DNA of 64,000 nucleotides from Gracilinanus agilis (Eukaryota). The notes under the pieces are model-generated. The model had not been told where the DNA came from, did no database searches, and saw only the letters and a list, made by a program, of their open reading frames with translations. Of the stretch, positions 37,977 to 51,860 are shown one piece after another. Within the stretch, counting starts at the first letter, position 1, and each line of letters begins with the position of its first letter. The translations under genes and the position numbers were made by a program. The stretch lies in contig NC_058133.1 of the NCBI RefSeq assembly GCF_016433145.1, forward strand, positions 202,903,974 through 202,967,973, given 5' to 3'.

Positions 37977-38099
37977 TATATCACTATTTATTTAATAATA
38001 TTCTTATAATGTTAAGTAAACCATCACAATTGAGACAGTAACAAATTCTATAATGTTCAGGTTATGGAAAATAAGGCTTTGAGCGTTAAGAGAACGAAC

Positions 38100-38103
<4 letters not shown>

Positions 38104-38161
<58 letters not shown>
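38104..38161. repeat. (CA)n microsatellite
   Basis: Direct reading. Confidence 0.95.
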
Positions 38162-38163
<2 letters not shown>

Positions 38164-38277
38164 AAAAGAGGCATGACAGAATAATCATGAAACAACTACC
38201 TGACAAAAGACTTCAATTTTGGCATTGGAATGAAAAACTAATTTTAATTTCAAAAAACTTTTTAAATTCAGCCAGTT

Positions 38278-38450
38278 ATTTTATTTTAAGGCTTCACCTT
38301 CCATCTTGGAATCAATACTGCTCCAAGGCAGAAGAGTGGTAAGGGACTTGTCCAGGGTCACACAGCTGGGAAGTGTCTGAGGTCATATTTGAACCTAGAA
38401 CCTTCTGTCTCTAGGCCTGGCTCTCAATCCACTGAGTACCCAGCTGCCCC
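38278..38450 (-). mobile_element. Opossum CORE-SINE with internal deletions
   Basis: ccttccatcttggaatcaatactg...cccagctgcccc. Confidence 0.85.
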
Positions 38451-38559
38451 CTTGCTATATTTTAAAAATAGAAAAAGAGTGGTCTATCATCTCCATTAAT
38501 TTCAAGTTAATTTATTTAGTATTTAACATTTTATAGAACATGGAAAAGATTCAAATTAT

Positions 38560-39240
38560 ATTACATCTGCTCCATGCAATTGACTTCCAAATACTCTACC
38601 TTCTCCCTCTGATCTTAAGTCTATCATCTCCAAGTATTTTCTGAACATTCCTACCTGGGTGCTCCACAATTACCTCAAACTTACCATAACCCAAAATAAA
38701 CTCAATTATTCTTCCAAAGCCTCTCTCTTCCAACAAATTTTCACTTTACAGTTGACAGAAAATCATATTCCCAGTGACCAAGACTCAAAAATCTCAGAAT
38801 CATCCTTCCTTGTCTCCCTCTCCTTCAGCCTCCAAATTCCAACAGAAGGCAAATTCCAACCCCTGAAAGCTGTTTCCTTTCTACTTCCAATGCAACCATT
38901 TTTCTTACCTGCCACAACAAATACCTTCCACTTGGTCTCTTTGTTTCCAATTACCTTCCTTAACAATATATCTTTCACATAGCTGCTAAAGTAACCTACC
39001 ACACAGGTCCAATTGCATTATTTTAAAATCTACAATGGTTCCCTCTCATATACTGAGTGAAGTACAAACACCTCATACCTCCAAAACCCTTCATATTCTG
39101 ACTCCGTCCTACCATCTCTATTCTGATTCACACACTCTCCGATCTAACCCAATTAGATTATTAAATGCTCCCCAATATGATTCTGACCTTCCTAATATCT
39201 GTTGCTCAAGTCAGACTCCATGCCTTTAGAAGTTTACTAT
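38560..39240 (+). mobile_element. L2 LINE fragment
   Basis: Pyrimidine-rich L2-like sequence (ctcaaacttaccataacccaaaataaactc...). Confidence 0.6.
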
Positions 39241-39334
39241 GACCCCCTCAATCTCTAATAACGAATAGCCTTCCTTTCCCTCCAGTGTCTAGGTCAGTTG
39301 CCCATTTCATCTAGAGTCATTCATTCTTTTTCTT

Positions 39335-40240
39335 TTTTTAATTTTTTAACATTAAAAAAATTTTGATTTCAAAATTCTCTTCCTCTCTTGCACCTGCCCT
39401 ATTCCACTGAGAAGACAAGCAATGTAAAGTCATGAAAAATCCATTTCCATATTGGCTATGTTGTGCCCCACCCCTTACCAAAAAAAGAAAGGGGGGGGGA
39501 GAACTATGCTTCATCTAAACTCTGAGAATATTAATTCTCTAAATGAAGGTGGATAGCATTTTTCATCATCATGAAGTTTTCATCATGAGTTCTTTAGAAT
39601 TATCATGGATTATTATGCTGATCTGAGAAGCTAAATCTTTCACAGATGATTTTCATTACAATATTGCTATTATTGTGTACAATGTTCTGCTGGTTCTCCT
39701 CACTTTGCATCAGTTCATATAAGTCTTCCCAGGTTTTCCTGAAACTCTGAAAAATATCTACTTTGTTATTTTTTTTATAGCACAATAGCATTCTAATCAC
39801 AAGTATATGCCACAATTTATTCAACTATTCCCCAGTGGATGGGCATCCTCATTATTTCAAATTCATTGCCACCACAAAAAGAGCTGCCATCATTATCTTT
39901 GTACACAAAGATCTTTTTTCCTCTTGTCTGAGATACGAACTTAGTGATGGTAATGTTGGGTCAAAGAGCATGCATAATTTTATTGCCCTTTTCCCAAATT
40001 GTTCTCCAGAATGGCTGTATCAGTATACCTATTTTTATACATCCCCTCCAGCATGTTATTTTCCTTTTCTGTCAGGTTATCCTAACAAATAGGTATGAGA
40101 TGGTACCTCAGAGTTGTTTTATATTTCTATCATCAATCACAACTTAGAACTTTTTTTTCCCTTGTGACTAATGGTAGCTTTGATTTCTACTAAAAATTGC
40201 CTAATTCATATCCTTAGACCATTTATCAATAGGTGAATGT
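39335..40240 (-). mobile_element. L1 3' fragment
   Basis: Reverse complement of the same L1 region seen at 28760 (ttattcaactattcccc...catt...caaattc). Confidence 0.75.
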
Positions 40241-42395
40241 AGAATTAACTTTCCAACTACTCTTTCTAGATAACCATTTTTTCATCCTTGAATCTCACAT
40301 AGCACTCTGTTCAATATCCATCCTTATCCATTTTCTAATTTTTATTGTGATGGGTGTGTGTGTGTGTGTGTGTGTAAGTGAATGGCAGCCCTGATGGGTA
40401 AATCCTAATCTCTCACTACAAATATACTCAAGTTCCTTTTTTGCTAGTCCTAATGTTTAGCATAGTGCTGTGGCTATAGTAAACACTTAGAAAATATCAA
40501 CATTATTAACTTAAATATAGAAACGGAGTTCTTATTTTGAGGTTCTCTCTTGTTGAGAAGCTACTGCAAAGTAATGAAGAGGGTTTCCGACTTGGAAGTC
40601 AAGATGATTCACATTAACATCCCACCTCAGACAGTTACAAGCTATGTAATGTTGGGAAGTTGCTTAACATGAGTCTCAGTTTATTTCCTGCAAAATGAAG
40701 GCCTTGATGCTCTTCAAGGTTCTTTCTTGCTTCAAAGTTCTATTCAGTTTTATGAATTGTGGTTCCATGATCAGATCACAGACAAAAGAACCTCTGGAGA
40801 AGTCACATCCAAAAGGACATTATCAGCTAAATATTAATTCATATCAGCTGGCTTGAAGGGTCTGAAAAATAATCTAAAGGATATTTTCCTATCTCCATTC
40901 AAGTTCAAAGAATTCAAACTTTTTTTTTAAGTAAACCTGTCCCTCATGTTTGAAATGCATTCCTTTTTACCTCTTCTTTTTTAAATCCCTTATCTTTCTT
41001 CAAAGCTTAAATCAAGAACAACCCCTTTAAGTCTTTCCTAGCCTCCCCAGGCTCTAGTGTAGAGGACACCTTTAGTAAAGCCTATAGACTCCATTGAGAA
41101 TAATATTTTAAAATGAAATAAAGAAATAAATTGAAATACTTGTCAAAATATGTTTTAAAAGTTCAGAGGACTCAAGTTAAAAGTACTATTCCAAAAGAAT
41201 GCAAGCACCTTGAGTGACAAGGGCTGTTTATTTTTTTAATCTTCATATTTCCAGGATCTAACACAGTACATATTTGATAAACAACAGTTAAACTGAACAG
41301 TGAGTTCTGAAAAGCTGCAACAGTGCCATGCTTAATCTCAACACTGTTTGTATTTTGTTTTAATATGTTTTAAAGACAAAGATCTTCCTGTATTTTGCTC
41401 TCCCACAAATCATCTATGAGGAAATTTGGTCTTACCAAAAGTCAGTCTAACTGGTCTTTAGATAACTATATAAAGTTTACATGATAAACTATGTCATCAC
41501 TTACAACCCACTGAGTTCCCATGGGAATACATAGATAGGACAGCCTAGGAAAATACAGAAAAGAGGTGATATGGTCCTGTACTAAGCTGCTGGTTGTGTG
41601 AAAAAAAGAGAATAATAAACATGAAAGATGTGGTAGAAGTAAAATTGGCAAGGTTTAACAATTCAATGGGTTGGAAATGATGACATGGTTAATCATACAT
41701 TTAACTTAAAAGATATAAATAAAATTAACTTAAAAGAGTATGGAGAGACTAAAGCAGGCTGGCTTTTGATAAGAACAAAATTCCATCATAAAGGATGTAT
41801 GGGAGAATGAAATACAGTTAGTTAGACCCCTAGGTCTTTATAAAGTAGCACAGTTGTTAGAGAGGACCTGTGGTTCAAACATGACCTCAGATACTTCCTA
41901 GCTATATGACTCCAATTGCCTACTCCCTTGCCACTTTTCTTTCTTTGGACTGATATCAAGGCAGAGGTAACACTTTAAAAAAACCATACACATATATAAT
42001 AAATCCTGAGATTAAGTGTGATTTGACCTTCAAACTAAAAGCTACAAATGATTAAGTTCTTCCCATCTCAAGTTTGAAAGCATTTCACAAACTTACTTTA
42101 CATAATACATCACAATGTATGATCATCTACTTCTTAAAGCTAATAAATTATCAAAATTAAGCGTCTATCTTGTGGCAGAGCCTACACTAAGGTGCTACAG
42201 ATACAAAAAAAGGATAAAAATAACCCCTGTTATCAAGATGCTTAAATATTTTCCAGGAAGCATGGCTGGATAGATAGATATATGTAACATACATATGACA
42301 CATATACACACACACACCTCCGCCTACCCCCTAGATTATTACAAGGAAGTTAGGAGGGAATAGAGGATCAGGAAAACTGCATCAAGTAGTAGTTT

Positions 42396-42523
42396 GTTGT
42401 TGTTGTTTTTTTTAAACCCTTACCTTCCATCCTGGAGTCAATACTGTGCATTGATTGGCTCCAAGGCAGAAGAGTGGTAAGGGTAGGCAATGGGGGTCAA
42501 GTGACTTGCCCAGGATCACACAG
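42396..42523 (-). mobile_element. 5'-truncated opossum CORE-SINE with 14-bp TSD
   Basis: TSD tcaagtagtagttt at 42382-42395 and 42524-42537. Confidence 0.92.
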
Positions 42524-44158
42524 TCAAGTAGTAGTTTTCGAGCTATGCTTTAAAATAAGAGGAAAAGTCTACGAAGTAGAAAGAGGAGAATATCAGACAT
42601 GGGGTACATACAGCTAATACAAAGCATGGAGAAAGGACATGGACTGTCCTTTGTAAAGAACAAAGAAAAAGTTAAGTTTAATCTCAAAGTATAAAAAGGG
42701 AAATAATGTAGAATTAATCTGTTTTGTTTTGTTTTTTTAAAAAGGCTGGAGCAAAATTTTGAAGGATTTGAAAAGTCAAAGAGAGGAATTTACATTTACC
42801 CTAGGGTAAACAGAGAGGAACTAGAGTTAACTAAATAAGAGAGTTACATGGTAAGCTTTGTTTAAGAAATATTCCTTTGTTGAGTTGCATGGTAGATAAT
42901 CAATCTTTTATGAGGAGAGACTGGGGAAGGAAGGGAAACCAATTAAGTCATTGCTACAGTCTAGAAAAGAGGTGGCAGGGGTCTTAACGCAGATGCTACT
43001 CTTGTATGAAAAGAGAATAATAGATATGATGACACAGGACTGAAGTTTAAGGGAATGGAGAGAAATATATAGATTTGAGAGTCATCTACATAGAAATGAT
43101 CATTAAACCCTAGAAAAGATTATAAGTCACTGAGATGGTGTAAAGAGAAAAGAGAGCACAAGATCAAGCCTTGAGATCATCCATATTTGGGGGGCAGGAA
43201 ACTGTTGATGCATCAGCAAAGGAGCCTAAGAGGAAGCAATAAAAACATGTAGAAGGGGGAAATTTAAGAAAAATCCATAGACTAGAGTACAGCCAAAAGA
43301 GAGAAACAGATAATTGTGTTAAATGAAGTAGAGAGGTCCAAAAGGATTAGGATTAATAAAAGGCCATTAGATTCAGAATATAAGAAATTAACAGTAATTT
43401 CTAAAAAAGTAATCTCAGTTAAAATGGAAGCCAAATTGCAAAAGGTTGAGAAGCAAGTGAGAAGAAAACTAGTGGAAGCAATAAATGTAAAGAGTATTTC
43501 CTGATAGTTTGGCTAAGGAATGAAGGAAGGACATTGAACAATAGCCAGGGATTATAGGGCCCTGTTACAGTTTTTATAATATCTGTAGATTGCAAGCACC
43601 TCATGAGTTAAATTTGTCAAAATTTATAGTATTGTATATGTATACCCCTCAAAAGAATAGACTCCTCAAATGAACATAGATATAGTAGGGTGAAAAGATT
43701 TGAGAAATACCCCTTTTTACTCACATTTCAGGAACAAAATTAATGCTTCTAGGTCAATGGAATGGAAAATGTAGACCACCATATGTCTCTCAAAGTGGTA
43801 CAGAATTAGCATACAACAAATACAACTACTGAATCAAATGAGATAATGGATACGAAATAATATACAAACTTAAACCATTATGTTTCTGAGATGGGGAGAG
43901 AAGATAGGAAGCAAAGAATTTTCAAAGCCAACAAGTAGGTAATGAAAAGATAAATCCACCTGCCAATTAGAAACCCCACATATAGCTCAGCTAGTCTCAT
44001 TCTCTATTGAATGTAGCATGACTGCATAAATTTAGCCCAAAACAAAAACTTGAAAACCTACTAAAGAATAAGTCAAATTCTAATACCACCTAATATTCAG
44101 TAAGATGTAGTTTTCTTTTCATTTGAAAACTTCTATTTTCAAATCCTTAAAGTTAATT

Positions 44159-44160
<2 letters not shown>

Positions 44161-44220
<60 letters not shown>
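44161..44220. repeat. (AC)30 microsatellite
   Basis: Direct reading. Confidence 0.97.
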
Positions 44221-44222
<2 letters not shown>

Positions 44223-45380
44223 GAAAAGAGAACAATTAGAATCAAAGATACCCTCTACTCCCCAACCACCACCTCAGGCAACAAATTCAAGATTCCTTCA
44301 AAGGAATTTACATATCTCAACCCACAAACAGGTCACTAGAGTGAATACATCTGAACAAGTGAACAGCTAAACCTTGGTCTCTAAATACTATTGTTTGGAA
44401 ATAATAATTCATTGACATTTGGAAGGGGTTTTACAGCAGGTCATCAATGAAGAATCCTTTCTAAAACAATCCTAACAAATGATAACCCTATTTTTGTTTA
44501 CCTATAGTGAAATGAACTCTCTACACTGGCAAAACTCTCTACACTGGCAAAAGGCAATAAAATCTACATTTGGACAATGTTATAAAGTTTTGTTTATACC
44601 AAAACTAAATCTGTCCCATCTATTATTTCTACCCATTGCTAGCTACTCTAGTCACCAACATGACTCCCCTTTCTATAACTTCTGCTAGATGATCTTTCTT
44701 CTGCTGATACAATTTTGGTTTGACTTCATCACTCCTTAAAGGGCAACCCTCCCCATAATAAAAACCTCAGGTCTATGGACTCAATGGATGATGTCGACAT
44801 TAAAATCTCCAACAAAACTGGAAATGGTGCTAAGGAATTTAAATTTCTCCACTTTCCTCCTCTCACCCCATCCCATTATTTTAACAAATGCTAACAAAAA
44901 TTGCATTGCGAAACTAATCACTGTTCACATAGATGCACTCCCAGCATATACTCTTCAATCATGACTGAAGAAGGACGAGGCTGGGAGGAGGCATGCCATT
45001 AGCAAACAAGATCTCAAACTACTCCTACTCCCTCCCCTCTTCCAAAAATCAACTTTCTGGGGGTCTCAGTAATGGTCAAAATGGGTTTGTATCACTAAAC
45101 TTAACCTAAGAGGGTTAAGTACATGTGCATACACAAACATCAAATGAAATTAAAATTTGTTAATTATGTGAAATTACCCTCTTTTTAACAAAGTGCTGAC
45201 CCTCTAAGTCTGGCCAATCAAGAAACAGAAAACCCCTAGAATATCCTTAATCTCTCTCAGGAAATACCTTAGAAGAAAACAGTCTGGGGTTCTGATATTT
45301 TTTTCTGGGATCCAAGTTACAGTGAAACTCAGTCTTATTCAAACTGAAAACAGAACGAATGTATATACATGCATTTAAGT

Positions 45381-45592
45381 CATTTGTTTGTTCAGTCATA
45401 TCCAACTCTTCCTGAACCCATTTGGTATTTTCTGGGCAAAGATACTGCAGTGGCTTGCCACTTCCTTTTCCAGGTCATTTCACAAATCAGGTGAAGTGAC
45501 TTACCCAGAGTCATACATCTAATGTACCCGAGGCCAGATTTGAATTCAGGAAGACTCATCTTCCTGACTCCAGGTCTAGCTTTCAAACCACT
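45381..45592 (-). mobile_element. Mar1-like SINE with RTE-type tail
   Basis: gatactgcagtggcttgccacttccttttccag plus CORE sequence. Confidence 0.75.
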
Positions 45593-48500
45593 ACTTCCAA
45601 GATTGTCTTTTAATCAACTGATTAAGGATCATGTCATTTCTATCAATCTTCTCTGATTTCAATTGTTTAGGTGCTCCCTATATCAATGCAGAATACAATT
45701 CTTCTATGCCTCTGTAAAATCCAATTCGCATTTGCTTAAAATGAAAGTGTACTCAACAGAATGTAATTCTCTCTGAATTGTCTCAAGATTTCTGGGAAAA
45801 TAAATACTTTGGTTAGTTCTTCCCTTAACATCAAGGCCTGTTTCCCAATTAAGGATGCATAAAGAGAGGGACATGTGGAACCTAACCTTGTAAATATTTT
45901 AAAATGCTATAAACATACAAAAGTTTTTCCTGTCCTACAAATTAACCAGGAGTTAGGAGACTTGGGTTCTTGACCTAACTGCCACTATTAGCCTCTCTGT
46001 ATCTCAATTTCTCCATGTGATGTGACTTTTTCCTTACTAACTTTGAGAAGTGAGAGTAAAATGACAAATCTATGTGAAAGTACTTTTAGTTCATTTGTCC
46101 TTCCATTCAATCAGCAAGTATCCTATTGCACAAAAAAAGTAAATTTATGATATTTCTGTGATCACCAATATAATAGCTAGTGTATTTATAAAGAACTTTA
46201 AAGCTTATAAAGGACTTTTTACATATACTCATTTTATCCTCATAATCCTGAAGATGAATGCTATTATTCAACTGAATCAGAAGGTAAGTGATTTAGCCAG
46301 TCATATAGTGAGTGTGTGAAGGCAAACTTGAACCAAGGTCTTCCTGACTCCAGACTGAACACTCTATACATTGTGCCATCTAGCAGTCTCTATCAAAGAC
46401 TATGCACCTAGAACCTTAATGGAAGTTGCACCATCACACTTTATTGAAAGTTTAACTTGATAATAAGCTGATCATTTCTTTAACAGGTTTATTTTTGTTA
46501 ATACTGTACATAAGATAATCAACATTCAGCACATATGGACCCACTCATAATCTTAAGCTGTCTATGATTTGATTTGGGGGGGGGGGGAAGGGGGAGAGGG
46601 GAAGAGAAGTTATGGAATGGAAGAGCCACTGCGCAAACACACCACCAAAGACCATATTGCATTTGATGTTACCTCCCATCTCTTTCAGAAACATTAGTAT
46701 TGGCGCACAGCCTCAAAATCTCAAGGCTTCAAAAAAGGAGGGAATTCTTATACTATATCTATAAAAGTACATGGAAATGATGTTTTCTCACTAATCGACA
46801 TAAAGTAAACCTTAGTGCAAACACCTCAGACTTCAAAGAAATAATAATAGCAATGACTTGAATTTCAGACACACTTTTGAGAAATTCCTGGTAATTTACT
46901 GCCATCTTATTTCCCCTTCCATTAATTCTGTTAAGTTTCCAAGAGTTACTTTGAGATTTGAGAAGTTATTCAACTTGCTAAAGATCACAAAGTCTTTATC
47001 TGTTATATGCTGCTACCTTTTCCAAAGAAAAACACCCCTTAAACTATCCTTAAATTGAAAACCATAAACTATGCTAGAAAATCTTGAATAATCCTGAAAA
47101 ACAAAGGAAGTGTCAACCTGAAAATAAAAACCAGTGAGAGAATATACAAATCTATACCTACTCCGTGGCATCATGGACAGACTGTTAGATCTAGAGTTAA
47201 TAAGACCTGAATTCAAATATGACCTTGTATACTTAACTAGCTGTGTGACCCGGCACTTAACTTCTATGCCTCTATTTCCTCAATTTTGACATGGAGATAA
47301 TAACAGCATCTATCTCACAGGATTGTTGTAAGGATCAAATGAGATATTTGTGAAACACCCTTAGCAGTGCCTAAAACTTGGTGTTATATATAAATGTTTA
47401 TTTCCTTCTCTTCTTCCTTCCCCACCTATCCAAAGATACATAGACATATAGATACATATAAAGAAACGATCACAGAAATCTTCAACATATAATCTAAATA
47501 AACAAATATACCCATTTCAAAATTGATTCCATTAATTTCATATTATTCTGTCCATATGCCTATGACTCATAATTCCCAAAGACAGCAGTTTAACTTATAG
47601 ACTGGTGGGTGGTAGAAGGTAGAAACTCCATATAAAGTCAAACTCAGGTAATATGTTGTTAGTGTTGCTGAACATTTCCCATTTCCAAAAAAATGATGAG
47701 ACACAAAACTCATATGAAAATATTAGTATGTCAGATGGAAAAATTGGTTAAGATACATTAGTATGTCAGATGGAAAAAAAAAAGGGGGGGGGGAGGTTCT
47801 AGCACAAAATGCACCAATTCTCCTGAGAAAGATTTCATTTAATAGGATCTATATACCACACTAGACTTCAATTATATATTTACAAAGCTATCTTTTCAAT
47901 TTACTTAAAATCACACAGTACTAGATATAATGACAGAGACATAGTTCATTCCAAAGTTGGCATACAGATAAAATTTCTCTGTAATAAAAAAATGAATGAA
48001 CAAACGAACAAATAAATAAATGAAAACAAACAAAAAAAGGAACTTCATGAATGAAATATACTGATTTGAACCAAAAGCCATTCAATATTCTTTAAAGGAG
48101 ATAAAAGCAAGCCTATTCCCTGTGTATACCTCCCCAATAAGACCAAGTTTAAAAATTCATTTACTACATTATTCATACATACGCCAAAATCTCTTTAGCT
48201 ATTTTTAGATCAGACTGACTATTGTGGCATGGAATCCAATCAGATTTCAAGAGAGGACCTAGGAAGCAATTAATTAAGCATGTTGCTTATTCCCCCACTA
48301 CCACCACCCACAGCCAATCTCTTCAACCATGGGAACCAACTAAGCAAACTAAGAGAATGCTCAGTCACTAAAATAACAAATACAAAAAATTTACAAGAAA
48401 TATTTACTACTTTAAAAGATGGACAAATAAACAATATAAGAATCAAGCTATTTTTAATACCTAATAATGAATGAGATAAAAGCTACTAGAACATGCCCAC

Positions 48501-50349
48501 AGGTTAAATAAATCCCAGTAGCTTTGCAATGTAACTGATGCACAGAAAAAGTCTCTTAAAATTGCCCAAGCAAAGCAGGAAGAAGTAGTCATTTCACTGA
48601 CAAGTCAAATAGAAAAGAAAGAGATATGGTTCCCTTGAGTCTAGGCATCTCTTATACTCCCACATCTCTCTTTAGCAAATGATGAATTACTCCTAAGCTT
48701 AACCAGCAAAAGAAAATGATAATCAGGTCACCAGAAACCTAAATCCCTCAGGCATCTTATTTCCTCAATATTATGGCTATTTGGTTCTTTTTAACAATCC
48801 TATTTGTTCTTTCAGTTTGGTTTTGGGGGAAAAAGCAACATATTACATCTGACAGCATATCCTAAAAAATAGAATTGATTTCCTTTTCCTTAGAAAGACC
48901 TAAGCAAATTATTTCATAACAAGGGATCAATACTTAAAGTACAACAACACAGAATTCCATCAACTACGATAAAGTTGTAATTAAAATATGTAAGAAAGAG
49001 AAAATGCCATGTTTTCATTTAAAAAACCAGGGAAAGCCACTAAAATAATTATGTAGCATATTTTAAATAAATTCACACTATTATCAAAATAATCAATCCA
49101 TAGGGTTTAGCTATATTCTTGGATTTTATTTCTAAGACGTGATAGAATATGCCAAAGATTTTGCAGATGAGATTACTACTACTCACCCCTGGTGACTTTA
49201 GTGGGCAAAAAATATTACCCTCACAAAAATCTAAAAAGTACTACATGAAGAGAAAAATTTTCTGATTTTAATGATTTATATAGAGTATAAGACACTAAAT
49301 AGGATATACATGGTGATTTAATTTTTCTAATTAAAAGCAAAGATTCTTGGAAAAAGAGCAGATATGAGGATGATCAGTTAAGAAGATGGAGTCTGAGAAC
49401 AGTATCCAAGATTTCTAGAATATTGCAGAAATTTTTGATATAATTAGCTCCTAACCAGAGATGGAGTATTGCACAATAAAACTGATTTAAACTCTCTGGC
49501 CTGAAACTCTTACAAATCTAATTAAAAGATTTCAAAAAGTAAAGGGAAAGGAGAAATTTTCATGTATAAAATCATCCAACTAGCTAATATAGAAATTATG
49601 CAAGGGAAAGAACTATAGAAATAATCAGAAATTCACAAGACACAATCGAAGAAAGGAAGATATCAGCTATTCATACTTAAAGTATACAATATGGGTAACA
49701 AGCATTTTTTAAACCCTTACCTTAGTATCACTTTTAAGAAGAACAAGAAGGACTAAGTGACTTGAGGGTCATACGGCTAGGAAATGTGAGGCCAAATTTG
49801 AATCCAAGTCCTCCCAACTCCAAACCTGGCACTCTATCCACTGAGCTACCTAGCTGCTCCATAACAAGCAACTATTAATTACATACTACATGCCTGAAAT
49901 TGTCCAAATAAAACTAGAAGTCACTGGAAAGATGATTTTGATATGGGGGGAGAGGGAGGCCCCCCCACAGGCACACAAGAGCCATGACAGCTGTGCATCT
50001 GTTCAATGCAGGACCAGGGCCATTTCTCACCACCCACAGCATTCACAACAAAGAGGTGGACAGAGAAAGAGATGGATTTATTTGGGGCATGGTGAACTTA
50101 AGACAATTAAAGATCACCCAGTGGGAAATGTCTAATAAGCATACAGTGGGGTACAGGATGAGAGGCAAGGAAAGAGATTAAAGGTAATATAGAAAGGTAT
50201 CACTAAAATTTGTCATGTCAGAAATATATCTCTGGATGGGTATACTATATACCAAAGTAATGGAATGGTGTGGGGGAAGTAGATTATCTATTAATGACAC
50301 TGGATTGGATGATATATAAACATGAACACACACAAATGCATTGGGGGAT

Positions 50350-50350
<1 letters not shown>

Positions 50351-50404
<54 letters not shown>
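50351..50404. repeat. (TG)n microsatellite
   Basis: Direct reading. Confidence 0.95.
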
Positions 50405-50407
<3 letters not shown>

Positions 50408-50637
50408 GGCATGACCAGCATTGGGGAACAGGGAGAATCCATGGAGATAGAATAGAAACAATACTGATATTGGTTTGATACTACCTGGACAGAAAGAAAA
50501 AATAGTTGAGTTTAGGAAACTGATCATCATATGCATTGTAAAGAAGCATGGTAATAAAAAAGGATTTCAATTATCAAGGTATCTGCTACAAACTTTTTTT
50601 TTTTTTTTGCCAATAACAGGGCAACCAATAATTTCTT

Positions 50638-50835
50638 TCTTTCTTTTTTTTTTTTTTTAAGACCCTTAACTTCGGTATATTGTCTCATAGGTGGAAGAGT
50701 GGTAAGGGTGGGCAATGGGGGTCAAGTGACCTGCCCAGGGTCACACAGCTGGGAAGTGGCTGAGGCCAGGTTTGAACCTAGGACCTCCTGTCTCTAGGCC
50801 TGACTCTCACTCCACTGAGCTACCCAGCTGCCCCC
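50638..50835 (-). mobile_element. Young full-length opossum CORE-SINE with 17-bp TSD
   Basis: TSD gcaaccaataatttctt at 50621-50637 and 50837-50853. Confidence 0.95.
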
Positions 50836-51272
50836 TGCAACCAATAATTTCTTGATTTGTCCTAGTAATAAACCCATCCTCTAAAGTATAGAGGCACGAA
50901 TAAGGAGAACTTCTCTCAACAAAATCTGATTCTTATCAACAAGGAAGAGATGCTTGCTAAATGCATAAATGAAAGGAATCTTAAGGAGAAGTGACCATTC
51001 TACCTTTAATTTGTGACAGAGGAGAGGAAAACCAGGCCAAGTCTTACGTGAATAATAGATTTGGAGAGAGTATATATCAGAGTTCAGAGGAAAATAGGAG
51101 CCTACCAACTAAAATTCTATAGGGTAAGTCAGCCAAGAAGTGATGAGAAATGTTCAAGAATTAAATTCTTAAGACACAGAAATAATTATGAGGAAAAGTG
51201 AACCCACAAATGACCAATGTAAATGTATGAGGTATTAATTAACTGAAGTATTTTTTAAAAACATGTACAGAA

Positions 51273-51457
51273 GGGCAGCTGGGTAACTCAGTGGATTGCA
51301 AGTCAGGCCTAGAGATGGGAGGTCCTAGGTTCAAATCCAGGCTCAGACACTTCTCAGCTGTGTGACCCTGGGCAAGTCACTTGACCCCCATTACCCACCC
51401 TTATCACTCTTCCACCTATAAGCCAATACACAGAAGTTAAAGGTTAAGAAAAAAAAA
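51273..51457 (+). mobile_element. Full-length opossum CORE-SINE (short-tail type)
   Basis: TSD atgtacagaag on both sides. Confidence 0.9.
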
Positions 51458-51645
51458 TGTACAGAAGATAAAAGAATAGGAAACAATAGAATGTAAAAAT
51501 AAAAGCACAATTTTATAAGAACAATGTTGAGAAAATTAAAAATTTACGATAGCTGTGGTTAGTCAGTGAAAGATAACAGTTGTGTTTTTTTTTTAAACTA
51601 TGCTGAAGGGAAAGGAGGAAGACACAGGATCACCACCACTTATGG

Positions 51646-51860
51646 CAGTAATGGTGAACCTTTTAGAGACAGAGTGCCCAAACTGTAATCCTTACACTGC
51701 ATGTGAACCACTCCCCTTACCCCAGATAGGGAAGGAAGGAAGCACTCCCACTGGGCTGCTGGGCAGAGGGGTGGTGATATGAAAAATGTCCTCAGGTGCA
51801 TGTGGAGAGGAGGAAAGAAGCAGCGCCTTCTGGCATGCCTGCCACAAGTTTGTCAATATG
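51646..51860. mobile_element. Probable non-autonomous hAT-type DNA transposon relic
   Basis: Starts cagtaatggtgaacc (hAT-like terminal sequence); GC-richer than its flanks; the other end is degenerate. Confidence 0.4.

Noticed and set aside
44515-44550. 18-bp perfect tandem duplication
   Set aside because: An ordinary slippage duplication deep in an intron.
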